From contig CM000430.1 of assembly GCA_000165345.1 (NCBI GenBank), positions 64,001 to 128,000 of the forward strand: a DNA stretch of 64,000 bases, in the 5' to 3' direction. Made by a program: the position numbers and the translations under genes. The notes under the pieces are model-generated. The model was not told the origin of the DNA. It ran no database searches and worked only from the letters and a program-made list of their open reading frames with translations. Below are positions 52,778 to 62,861 of this stretch, piece after piece. Numbering within the stretch: the first letter of the stretch is position 1; every line of letters starts with the position of its first letter.

Positions 52778-53479
52778 ATGAATGCATTGGAGTTAATATC
52801 CATTGATTTATTTTTTCAGTTAATCAGTTATTTAATCATTGCAGGCTCTTGTATAGTAAAAATACCGCAAATTATTAAAATATTAAACTCAAGAAGCACA
52901 CAGGGAATTAGTAGCTTTAGCATATATGTTGAGATCCTCTCATCTTGTATATACTCATTTTCAAATTGGAGATTCAATGTTCCATGGTTACTTTGGGCTG
53001 ATAGTGCATTTATAGGTATTCAAAATGCATTTATTCTCATACTATGTGTGGTATATTCACAAAATAAGAAGAAGTTTCCAATTAACCAAATCTTTTATAT
53101 TACATCCATCTCTTTATTAATTGCAGCCCTTTATCAAGATATTATTCCTGTTCAAGTTTTAAGATACCTTTCCATTTCACCTCTTATATTTGTTGTTCTC
53201 TCAAGAGTTCCTCAAATAGTTAAGTGTTATATTGAAAGCAGTACTGGTCAGCTTTCATTTATTTCATTCTTCCTCCTTACTGGAGGCTCCTGGTCAAGAG
53301 TTGCCACTGTTTTATTTAGTGAATCTAAATCAAACACAATTTTACTACTGACTAATGTAATTTCTGCCCTCCTTAACACCGTTCCTTTAATGCAGATTGT
53401 TATTTTTAAGTATTGCTCAAGTATCTCAGAGAAAAATGGAATCGAACAAAAAAGACATAGTAAGAGAAAGGTAGAATGA
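52778..53479 (+). CDS. MPDU1: Mannose-P-dolichol utilization defect 1 (MPDU1/Lec35) homolog, PQ-loop protein.
   Basis: First ATG is at 52778; the track's 52745 is a TTG. IVKIPQIIKILNSRSTQGISSFS and VLSRVPQIVKCYIESSTGQLSFISFFLL correspond to the two PQ-loop repeats of human MPDU1 ([20 protein letters not shown] ... TGQLSAITVFLLF). Confidence 0.8.
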   Translation: MNALELISIDLFFQLISYLIIAGSCIVKIPQIIKILNSRSTQGISSFSIYVEILSSCIYSFSNWRFNVPWLLWADSAFIGIQNAFILILCVVYSQNKKKFPINQIFYITSISLLIAALYQDIIPVQVLRYLSISPLIFVVLSRVPQIVKCYIESSTGQLSFISFFLLTGGSWSRVATVLFSESKSNTILLLTNVISALLNTVPLMQIVIFKYCSSISEKNGIEQKRHSKRKVE

Positions 53480-53571
53480 TCTGATTTATATTAAATCTTA
53501 TTTAAATATTTGTCTTCAATTTTTTTCTAATCGTAATATCAAGAATATTTGCTTTATTATCGTGCTTATTA

Positions 53572-53594
53572 CATGCATGTTTTGGCGCCAAATG
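53572..53594. promoter_or_regulatory. CATGCATG box plus TTTGGCGCCAAATG (E2F-like palindrome) ~490 bp upstream of the 54078 gene. A second TTGGCGCCAAATTT lies at 53927..53940.
   Basis: Two near-perfect copies of the palindromic E2F consensus TTTGGCGCCAAA. Confidence 0.55.
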
Positions 53595-54077
53595 TATTTT
53601 TAAATATTATATTTGATAATATATGGGGAATGCCAGCCTAATAAAAAAAACTGATTTATTGAATCAATGAAAGATAGCTGTTGAACAAACTAATTTTATA
53701 ACCGTCAACACTTTTAAATATACTTTAGTTACTGATAAAAAAAAAATTAGTTTGGTGAGATTTACTCATGAACATTTTGTAAAATGTCTTTGTTCCTTGA
53801 ACTCTTTATAAATCATAAGAAATGGTTTGACTTTATTTAAACTTTAAATTCTCATCTGAATATTTCAACTGTCTATGATATCACATCTATCTAATCAATT
53901 AATATTTCCAATACTGAAAAAAATGTTGGCGCCAAATTTCCAATAAATATTTAGAAGATTACGGAAACAAAACAAAAGCAAATCAAAAACAGAATTATTG
54001 CTGTAATTTAATGGTATGATACAATTAAAAGAGTTCTAACTGCTTCTGGAGTTGAATTATAATAGGAGGAGGCTGTG

Positions 54078-57000
54078 ATGTATAGCTTGGAAGCAGACCT
54101 AAAGAACAAAAGTGGGCTAATCAAAAAAAACATGGGAAAAGAAGGTCAATTTGAAGCGAAATTAAGGCCTAGCTGCCCAAATATAGAAGATGAATTAAGA
54201 GCAATTTGTATACCATGCAAGAACAGTAGTCTTAATTATATTAAGGTAATGTGTGAAAAGGCCTTGCTAAGTTTTAGACATTATAGAGATGTAGTATATA
54301 AGACGGATTATGATGAGAATGGTGAAAGATTTAAACAATTTCCTGTTACTGATATATGTTCAGTTTGTAGAGAGGCCATAATAGCATCAACAAAGAACTC
54401 AGATTCAATTCAATTATCAATATTAGGTATGAACTGTATACAACAAATACTAATACCAGGGTTACTAGATACTTCTCACAAAATAACATTATTAGCAGTG
54501 CTTAACGAAGTCACAATTAAAGTTTCTACAACTATTAAAATTAAATCTAAGCAAACTTCAAGTAATTACCATAGTAATCACTCAAGTTCAAACAATGATA
54601 AAGAACAAGTACTGCTCAAAGTTATACAAACTGTACTATTATTTCTGTCTCCAGAAATACTTGAATTTAATGAAGCTATGATCACACTAATTGTTAGCAT
54701 AGTTTCGACTCTATTTAACTTATCAGGCTACTATCAATTAATTCAGATGTCACAACTTGCACTCAGACAGTTAGTAAATATTTCATTAGATTATATTGAT
54801 TCAAACACAGCTATCGAAGAAGATAATAGGGAAGTTTTAGAAGTTGTTCCTCTCTTATTAATTAAAGATATATCAGTAATGATAGATAAGAATATTGTAG
54901 AAAATGTCAAATTAGTTTCAAATAATAAAAGTTCAAAAGATAATTTAACACCACTTTCCTTATTAAAAGGAGGGATAACTATTCCATCGGAAATATGTTT
55001 GGACTTATGGTATGAAATTCTTGATAAGAATATATCTAATAGAAGATCCTTATTGGAAAACAATGAAGACTTAAGAAGCCTAATTCATAATGTACTATTT
55101 CCAACTTTAACAAAATGTATACAAAATGCATGTTCAGATTTAAATCCAAAAATGTCTCAAAATATCCACGAATTTGTTATGTTTGCAAGATTTATTAGAC
55201 TGTTTATAAGGATTTTAGAATTTAACTCGAGTAAGAAACTACAAGGTCCGTTTATTAAGGATTGTATTTGTAATTCCCTAATGAGCTTCATTCAAGCAAT
55301 TTCTGATGGAAATTACTCAAATATTCCAAGCTGGTCACTGCAATGCATTCTTGAAATGTTGAGTGAATTGGTTCAAAACTCAGATATATTGATTATAATT
55401 GGAAATTATAATGTAAAAGTACAAAATAAAAAGAAGGAAGCAGATGAAGAACCAAAAATGACTAACATCCTAGAACTTATTATTTCAACAATCAATCAAA
55501 TTCTAGTTTCTTTAAATGATCAACTTGATATTCTTCATTCAGCTGAAAACACTTTAAATTTATCGGTACCGTCATTTCTAAATGAGAAGATTTCTCTTCC
55601 TTCAATTCTTTTACCTCAACATAACAATACCAGAATTGAATGTGGTTACTTCATTATTAGTTCGTCTAAAAAAGCCTCCGAAAAAAGCATGAGACTAATT
55701 GATATTATTATGGAAGATGATCGTATTTATCATATTTCAAAATATAATTTTGGCGGGAACCTGGCAAATTTGGGGGGCGGCGCACATTTGCATGCAGGCA
55801 ATATGCAAAGTTTGTCAAATTTATCATCAGTTGTATTAATATCTCTAAAACCAATAGAAATATCGCTTCTAGTTTTTGATATTATTTTGAACATTTCAAC
55901 ATGCTTAAATAAAATTTATATGAACCAAATAAATGGTGATAGAGAAAAAACGATAGAATTTGAGAAATTAGTCTTCAATATTTGGGATCAATTTTATATA
56001 TTAATAAAGCAATGCATGGATTACTACCTTTTGAGATATTATGTATATAGAATTATTACTTTCCTATTTATGATCTCAAATTTACCAGAATTTAAAGGGA
56101 AATTGAGCAATATTTTGGAGTTAATTTTTGAAGCATTACAGAAATATTATAAGAATAATCAAATTTTAGAATCTAGAATTCTCAGTGATACAATTATGTT
56201 GGAAAAATTATTCTCAATTTATAAATGTTTTCTATCTATTTCGTATCAATTCAGCGAATGTTTGGATGAAGTTTCTTGGCAATTGTTATTTAGATATATG
56301 GAGTATATAGATCGTATATTGGACATAGGTCTGGGGCCAATGGTAAAATCTAGTGAAATAAAATCTAAATCTACGATAGATGTTGGAGATATAGAAGAAC
56401 TTGATCAAAGCTTATTGAGCCTGAAATCTGAACATTATTCATCAATTGAAAATGGGGAGTCTACTGAGATGAACAATATAAAGGATAAAGACGAAAAGGT
56501 ACGAGACGGACAAATAATTAAAACTCTTATGGCAGAATCAACTATTTTAAGAGCATCTCATCAAGTATTTCTAAAAGATCATATCAAGAATATTTCAGAA
56601 AATACTATGAATTGTGTGATTAAAGGTATTTACAAAGAACTAAGTTATAACATGTACAAAGAAAACCTGGATATTCAAGTTTTTGACTATATGCTTAAAC
56701 AATTGAGCTCTATTATTCAATCAATATACGATAAAATGAGCTATAATCTGTTCATTCCAATATGGAATGACAAAATTATTCCTCTTTTATTGGAAACTAT
56801 CAAGCAAAACAATTATTGTCACACCGGTATTGCATGCGCGCAAAACCAAGATACATGCGATTTGCAAAATTGCATGCACACTAACAATGATTATCCACAT
56901 AAAAAAAATAATGACGTGGAGCTAAATAAAAATAAGAAAATAATCAGAAATAATGTTGAAAATGTTGAAATGTTTAATAGTGTAATGAATTTTTTATCAT

Positions 57001-60000
57001 CAACAATAACAACCATTTTTCAATATGTAGATGAAGATAATTCAATATTGATGGAGAATAATGTTCAGACAAGCCTTTTGAATCCTTATTTAATCTTGAC
57101 TGGTTCATTTCCAATATATAATACTTTGTTATTGCGCTCATTATATTCCATTATGTGTTCAACAATACCAAAACTTGACGACTCTACATGGATATTAATT
57201 AATGTATTGATTAACAATATAATTCAAGAAAGATATTGTAGATATATCAAATACCTCAAGTATGAAAATTCTGAAAGTAATGAAAATATTTTTATTAATG
57301 GTTCATTATCGTTTTTGGAATCATCAACTACTGAAGGTTTAAATTGTGAAAACAATCAAATTGATAGTATAAATATTGATACAGATAATGATATTGAATT
57401 GCTTCAAGCACTATTTTCATTGATAGAGTATATTAGTAATGAATCAGAAATACGTTTTTTAGGAAATACAAATAAGATATCGTCATCTTGGAATCTACTG
57501 ATTGAATCTATTGCCGTATTTGGTCGCATAAATATTTCCATAGAAAACATGGCATTTCAAGCTGTGAGTTTACTTTGGAAATTAACAGATTTAATTGGAG
57601 CATCTCTCTCTAAAAATTCTCAGGAAGATATTGGAAATGAATCAGAAAAGGAATCTAATCAAATTTTGGTCTTTGACCAAAGAAATGTTAAGATTAATAT
57701 GAATAAGGTTAACAAAGTTTATTATTCTGATTATACTAGCATTGATATTATATGGTTGAATATTATACTTCAGTTGGAGGACTTATGTAAGGATCCACGT
57801 CAAGAAATAAGGAATTGTTCACTTAGAAGCTTATTTTCTGCATTAACAACGCATTGTAAATACATTAAGAATCAGCTACTGAAATCAATTATTGTAAGGA
57901 TACTTGAGAACGTTTTAACAGTTAGTATTGAACAGTACAACAACTCGTACAAAGAAACCAATTTTGAGAATTTACAAAGCTTTGATTCTATTTCAAAAGA
58001 TAACTGTGAAAATAAAGAAACTGCATCATTATCTTTATTAACGAAGGATTCTGTTTATTTAAATTACAATTCAATGAATTCATCTTTGGAGTTTGAAAAG
58101 ACTATTCCAGTTCCGCAAAATTATGACTCTAATTTGAATAAGGTTTGTAAAAAAGATGATTTACCGTCGTTATCTACGAGTTTTATAAGAAATTCTCAAC
58201 AAAATCAGCTTTGGGAAGGAACACTAGCTATTTCTATTGATGGAGCTTTAAGAGTAATTAAGGAATTATCCCAGAACAATGCACTGAGTGCACAAGAATC
58301 TCAGAATATATGCTATGAGTGTACAATGTTTCTATACAAAATTATATCTTCTTTGCTATCTTTTAACAATCAAGTCTATGAAAATTCTCTTGGTTTTGAA
58401 AAACATCACTCTATTATATATACAAAAGATATACAAATCACCTCAATTAAAACTTTGTATGAATTACTTGTTATTTCTATGAAAATTGGTAATAAACAAC
58501 TATGGAATTCAGGTTTTAATATTTACAAAGAAATTATTGATCGGATTATTATACAAAGTACTGAAACTTTGAAAAAATTACAAAGAGCTGAAGAATTTAT
58601 TCATAATCCAACTCGCGAGACCTGCAAAGATGATTCAATTTATAAGTTATATAATAGCTATGTTCAAAAGTTAATCAAGTTCTATTTATCTGATAAGTTA
58701 GCAGAATCTTTACTTCAGTCAGTTGTTGACTTACTTATTTTAATCAAAAATGAAGAAAATATGTCAAAATATATCATTTTTGATGAATCTTTTACTCAAT
58801 TGACAATATTATTGGATTTAATTATTTCAATCATTACTTCTACTGATACTTTTATACATCATACAGTACCATTATCCAATTTAAACTATCCAGAATTACC
58901 AGATAACTTTCAAAATAAATTTGATGAAATCACTACAAAGCAATTCATTCATCAAAGAAATAAACAAGGATTATTTCGTAATTTTTGCGAGTATTATAAA
59001 AATCAATATGAAAAAAATAATGATCATGATCAAAGCTTATCTCTAAAACCATTATTATGCTATCCTATATGGGGCAGAGACAAGGAAGATTCTACTTCAT
59101 TGCTTTTTACTCCAAAATTTGTTAACTTTGAAAAAGATCATCAAGAAGCTGCTATTGTTAATTCATGTAAAGATTCTAATCATCATGGAAGAAGTCTAAA
59201 TCGCCTGATATATATTGATTGTTATAACAACAGTGATTTTATACATAGCAATTGTTTTAAAAAAGTTGGAGATATTTCACTTTTGAAAGTATTCTATCAG
59301 AAAAGAAATAATCAATCAGATTATCAACTTGAAGAGTCTCGAGATTATAATATGGTTTATTTACTTAGAAATATTAATAATTTCGATATGTTTAGACCTG
59401 AAGCTAATTATTGTTATTATTTAGAATCCAAACAAAGTGGCTACAAAGCTATTAATCATACAATCAATCCAGAAAAAAGTCATGATACTGGTACCAAATC
59501 ATACTTATGTTCTATCAAAAATAACAATGATTATCTTTCATCCTCTATTAATGGTGAAATTAGATTTATAACAACCATACAAAATATTGGAATGGAGGCA
59601 TTACAATTTTATATGATGAGCTTATTATCATTTGATAAAGTTGATATTAGTAATTTGAAAGAAATCTCTCATCAAAATTTTTTAATACCATTAGTAATTA
59701 AAAAGCTTTTGGATACTTTGGTTATACATAGGGATTTATTTCTTGATACTAATAAAATTGGAATTTCTAGTAAAATCATATCATTACTGGTTGGATTTAA
59801 TCGAAATATTATTTTAAAAAATATGGAAATTCTTCAGTTATTAAATATTAATCAAATTCATTCAATAATTCAAATGATTATAATTTTACCATATATTTTT
59901 GAAAAGTTATTATTAATTATAGAATTAGATCAAGAAAGAATATATGGAATTTGGATGGTAGCAAAAGAAGCTATATTAGTTATTATACATGATTGGATAT

Positions 60001-61094
60001 CATTTATAAGGTTCTTAAAGATCGAATTTGAAAAAATTGATAAAAATTATTCGAATTCTATTAAAAATGATTTAAATCAAATTATTTTGGACAATATTTG
60101 GCCATTATTTATTGATATTATTGCAAATATGATCAAGGAAGAACATGGATTTGGACTTAAAGTTGTTTCAACTAATATATTCAACAAAAATTCACAAAAA
60201 ATTAATAATTATATTGAAAACTATTATTTATATTTTGATATACTATTAGTTAATATTGCTATGGATTTTATTTTTAAATTAAATGAATTTAATAGAAAAG
60301 ATGATATGATTGAAGATCTAGAGATTCTTGAATTACCTTATCAATATTACAAAACTATTATAAGTTATTTTGACGATTTTATTAATGATAATAAATTTAA
60401 AGATGGATTTGAATTAAGAAATAAATGTTATTTAGAAGAATATAAGAGTTTTAATAGTGCAGAAAATACTAATTTTGGAGTATTCAATAGAAATGGTAGT
60501 AATAATAATATGACACAAAATAATCATCAAACTTTGAATATTAATTATCAAACATTGAAGATATATATAATCGAAAAATTATTTGTTTTGTACGATCAGT
60601 TGAATATTAAATTAAGTACAATAAATAGAATGATATTAAAATTAACAATAGAACAAGATGAAAATCAATTGAATCTAGTGAGTTTAAAAGTCAAGGATTT
60701 GATTATTTGTATTGAAGAATTGGGAGACATATTAAATAGAATGACAAGTAATATGTTTAAAAGTTTTTCTATGGAAGATTTACAAAGTGGATTAAGGCCA
60801 ATGCCACATTTAAAAATTGAAGAAATGCAATCTTTATTAGTTATGATTGAGAAACATTATAAAGCATTGAGAAGATTTGAAGAAGAGAATATGGATGAAA
60901 CTAATGAGATACAAATTGAGATTTTGAAGATGAGAAAGAGATGTTTTGGGAATTATATAGAAAATGTATTACCAGAATTAATAGAATGTGTAACATGTAA
61001 AGATCAAAGTATTCGTCAAAGATTGAAGATTATTTTATCTATTTTATCAAAGGATATATCAAAAGATTATAAATCATTATTAGTCCCATATTAA
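54078..61094 (+). CDS. Very large (2338 aa) helical-repeat (HEAT/ARM-like) hypothetical protein.
   Basis: First ATG is at 54078; the track's 54075 is a GTG. A 7-kb open frame in AT-rich DNA. Leu/Ile/Asn-rich amphipathic helix pairs throughout. No confidently recognisable family. Two internal GC islands carry promoter-type motifs. Confidence 0.55.
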   Translation: MYSLEADLKNKSGLIKKNMGKEGQFEAKLRPSCPNIEDELRAICIPCKNSSLNYIKVMCEKALLSFRHYRDVVYKTDYDENGERFKQFPVTDICSVCREAIIASTKNSDSIQLSILGMNCIQQILIPGLLDTSHKITLLAVLNEVTIKVSTTIKIKSKQTSSNYHSNHSSSNNDKEQVLLKVIQTVLLFLSPEILEFNEAMITLIVSIVSTLFNLSGYYQLIQMSQLALRQLVNISLDYIDSNTAIEEDNREVLEVVPLLLIKDISVMIDKNIVENVKLVSNNKSSKDNLTPLSLLKGGITIPSEICLDLWYEILDKNISNRRSLLENNEDLRSLIHNVLFPTLTKCIQNACSDLNPKMSQNIHEFVMFARFIRLFIRILEFNSSKKLQGPFIKDCICNSLMSFIQAISDGNYSNIPSWSLQCILEMLSELVQNSDILIIIGNYNVKVQNKKKEADEEPKMTNILELIISTINQILVSLNDQLDILHSAENTLNLSVPSFLNEKISLPSILLPQHNNTRIECGYFIISSSKKASEKSMRLIDIIMEDDRIYHISKYNFGGNLANLGGGAHLHAGNMQSLSNLSSVVLISLKPIEISLLVFDIILNISTCLNKIYMNQINGDREKTIEFEKLVFNIWDQFYILIKQCMDYYLLRYYVYRIITFLFMISNLPEFKGKLSNILELIFEALQKYYKNNQILESRILSDTIMLEKLFSIYKCFLSISYQFSECLDEVSWQLLFRYMEYIDRILDIGLGPMVKSSEIKSKSTIDVGDIEELDQSLLSLKSEHYSSIENGESTEMNNIKDKDEKVRDGQIIKTLMAESTILRASHQVFLKDHIKNISENTMNCVIKGIYKELSYNMYKENLDIQVFDYMLKQLSSIIQSIYDKMSYNLFIPIWNDKIIPLLLETIKQNNYCHTGIACAQNQDTCDLQNCMHTNNDYPHKKNNDVELNKNKKIIRNNVENVEMFNSVMNFLSSTITTIFQYVDEDNSILMENNVQTSLLNPYLILTGSFPIYNTLLLRSLYSIMCSTIPKLDDSTWILINVLINNIIQERYCRYIKYLKYENSESNENIFINGSLSFLESSTTEGLNCENNQIDSINIDTDNDIELLQALFSLIEYISNESEIRFLGNTNKISSSWNLLIESIAVFGRINISIENMAFQAVSLLWKLTDLIGASLSKNSQEDIGNESEKESNQILVFDQRNVKINMNKVNKVYYSDYTSIDIIWLNIILQLEDLCKDPRQEIRNCSLRSLFSALTTHCKYIKNQLLKSIIVRILENVLTVSIEQYNNSYKETNFENLQSFDSISKDNCENKETASLSLLTKDSVYLNYNSMNSSLEFEKTIPVPQNYDSNLNKVCKKDDLPSLSTSFIRNSQQNQLWEGTLAISIDGALRVIKELSQNNALSAQESQNICYECTMFLYKIISSLLSFNNQVYENSLGFEKHHSIIYTKDIQITSIKTLYELLVISMKIGNKQLWNSGFNIYKEIIDRIIIQSTETLKKLQRAEEFIHNPTRETCKDDSIYKLYNSYVQKLIKFYLSDKLAESLLQSVVDLLILIKNEENMSKYIIFDESFTQLTILLDLIISIITSTDTFIHHTVPLSNLNYPELPDNFQNKFDEITTKQFIHQRNKQGLFRNFCEYYKNQYEKNNDHDQSLSLKPLLCYPIWGRDKEDSTSLLFTPKFVNFEKDHQEAAIVNSCKDSNHHGRSLNRLIYIDCYNNSDFIHSNCFKKVGDISLLKVFYQKRNNQSDYQLEESRDYNMVYLLRNINNFDMFRPEANYCYYLESKQSGYKAINHTINPEKSHDTGTKSYLCSIKNNNDYLSSSINGEIRFITTIQNIGMEALQFYMMSLLSFDKVDISNLKEISHQNFLIPLVIKKLLDTLVIHRDLFLDTNKIGISSKIISLLVGFNRNIILKNMEILQLLNINQIHSIIQMIIILPYIFEKLLLIIELDQERIYGIWMVAKEAILVIIHDWISFIRFLKIEFEKIDKNYSNSIKNDLNQIILDNIWPLFIDIIANMIKEEHGFGLKVVSTNIFNKNSQKINNYIENYYLYFDILLVNIAMDFIFKLNEFNRKDDMIEDLEILELPYQYYKTIISYFDDFINDNKFKDGFELRNKCYLEEYKSFNSAENTNFGVFNRNGSNNNMTQNNHQTLNINYQTLKIYIIEKLFVLYDQLNIKLSTINRMILKLTIEQDENQLNLVSLKVKDLIICIEELGDILNRMTSNMFKSFSMEDLQSGLRPMPHLKIEEMQSLLVMIEKHYKALRRFEEENMDETNEIQIEILKMRKRCFGNYIENVLPELIECVTCKDQSIRQRLKIILSILSKDISKDYKSLLVPY

Positions 61095-61309
61095 AGATAA
61101 ATGATGAAGAAAATACATTAATTTGGTTGATTTTCAGATTCTTCTTTTTTCCTTTTTCTGGATTGATATTAATAATATGTTAAATAAATTTCTCATTAAA
61201 GAAAGAAAAAAAAAGTATTATAATGTTATTAACTTACCTTTCAATCCTTTTCTTCTCAATCATTCTTTTTTCTTAATAATGGAATTCAAATATTAATTAA
61301 CTTAAGGAA

Positions 61310-61954
61310 TTAAAAGGAAAAAAACGTACCCAACTCAGAAGGAAATAAATAATGTCTTATTTTCCCTTTAACATTGGATATATCAATATTATGATTATTG
61401 TTATTATTATTATTATTACTATTACTATCATCTTGAATAATATACTTGGCTCCTTTCTTTGAGGATTCAGTAAATTTGGCCCAAATAGCAAAATGATGAA
61501 ATACTATTGATCCAGCAATAGCAACATTTAATGATGCTGTTCCATTTCCATAAAGAGGAATATGAATTAAATAATCACAAAGTTTAATATATTTTTGACT
61601 AAGTCCAGTACCTTCATTACCAAGTAGAAAAGCCGTCGATCTTTTAAAAGGATGAGGATATATAGGCCTGGATTCATCACTTATTTCAATTCCAACAAGA
61701 TCCATTTCTTTTTCTTTAATAATATCAACAACTTGATCAATGTTTTCATACTGTGTTAAACTCAAATGTGGAAGAGTTCCTTTATTTCCAAAAGTCATCA
61801 ATTTCTTTTCTCCTACTACGAGTACTTCAGAGACTCCAAATCCGCATGCACTTCTAAGTAATGTTCCAAAGTTTTGTCTTTTAGAAATATTGGATAAAAC
61901 TAGATAAAATTCTGGGAGATCCTTAGGATCTTTATTTATTTTAATATCATCCAT
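61310..61954 (-). CDS. SpoU/TrmH-family (SPOUT) RNA 2'-O-ribose methyltransferase.
   Basis: ATG at 61954. LVLSNISKRQNFGTLLRSACGFGV (motif 1), LLGNEGTGLS (motif 2) and IPLYGNGTASLNVAIAGSIVFH (motif 3) match the SPOUT class. The 3' end may include a short intron (GTACGT near 61320) that is not modelled. Confidence 0.7.
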   Translation of the reverse strand: MDDIKINKDPKDLPEFYLVLSNISKRQNFGTLLRSACGFGVSEVLVVGEKKLMTFGNKGTLPHLSLTQYENIDQVVDIIKEKEMDLVGIEISDESRPIYPHPFKRSTAFLLGNEGTGLSQKYIKLCDYLIHIPLYGNGTASLNVAIAGSIVFHHFAIWAKFTESSKKGAKYIIQDDSNSNNNNNNNNHNIDISNVKGKIRHYLFPSELGTFFSF

Positions 61955-62256
61955 TATAATATTAAATTTATTAATATTGGCAAAGACTTCTTTTTCTTTT
62001 TTTTTTTCCTCTCTCCCCTCTTGACTAACTCTAAATAAATATAATTATTCCTTAAGAAGCTTAACAGTCGTCGCTATATATTCCTCTCTTTTTCCAAAAA
62101 TCTTTCTTAATGTTTTATTTGAGCTGATAATATCTAAAAATTCATTAATATTAATGCAATTTTATCATTTATTTCTTTTCAACTTTATTTTCTACATCAA
62201 ATTATTAATATACAATAAATATATATATATATATATTTTTAATATCCGGTACCCGT

Positions 62257-62290
62257 GATGGCGCCGGCGGGTAAATTGGTGGGGTTGACT
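62257..62290. promoter_or_regulatory. GC island GATGGCGCCGGCGGGTAAATTGGTGGGGTTGAC between the diverging SpoU gene and the 62862 gene.
   Basis: E2F-like GGCGCC/GGCGGG core. It is flanked by (AT)n microsatellites at ~62215-62240, 62395-62440 and 62650-62700. Confidence 0.4.
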
Positions 62291-62861
62291 TTGGAAACAA
62301 AATATTAAAAAGGGATCAAAGGTTTGTAAAATTAAAAAAAATAAAGAGATTTAAAGGAGGAGGAATCAAAGCCAGGAAAAATAATTATATTCAAATTGAT
62401 ATATAAATATATATATATATATATATAAATATATATGTATTTATTTATGTGTTAATATATATATGCATGTATTTTTACGGATGTGGCTATATGAGTTAGT
62501 ATTAAATCGTGGAAAAACACCAAATATTGAAGATAGAAGATAAAACTGAAAAGTAGCTTTATATTAACAGAAACTATATTTATAAAGGACTAAATTATTA
62601 CAAAAATTAACTTTATACTTGTTTTAAGATAGATGTGTTAAAACAAAATCATAAATATTAATATATATATATATATATATATTAATATATATATATATAT
62701 TTACTGTATATATATTAATATTAATATTTAATATTTTAAGCAGAGGAAAAAGAAAAAAAATAGATTATAATAAGGAATTATTAATTACTAATGTGGTAAA
62801 ACAAAACTTTTGATGAAACATTTTTTTTGATTAAAGGCTATTAAAAAAAAAATAATTAAAA

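Noticed and set aside
54791-58482. ORFs 54791..55063 - and 58288..58482 + inside the giant HEAT-like gene, and 63569..63841 - inside the terminal gene
   Set aside because: Nested or antisense to long open frames.
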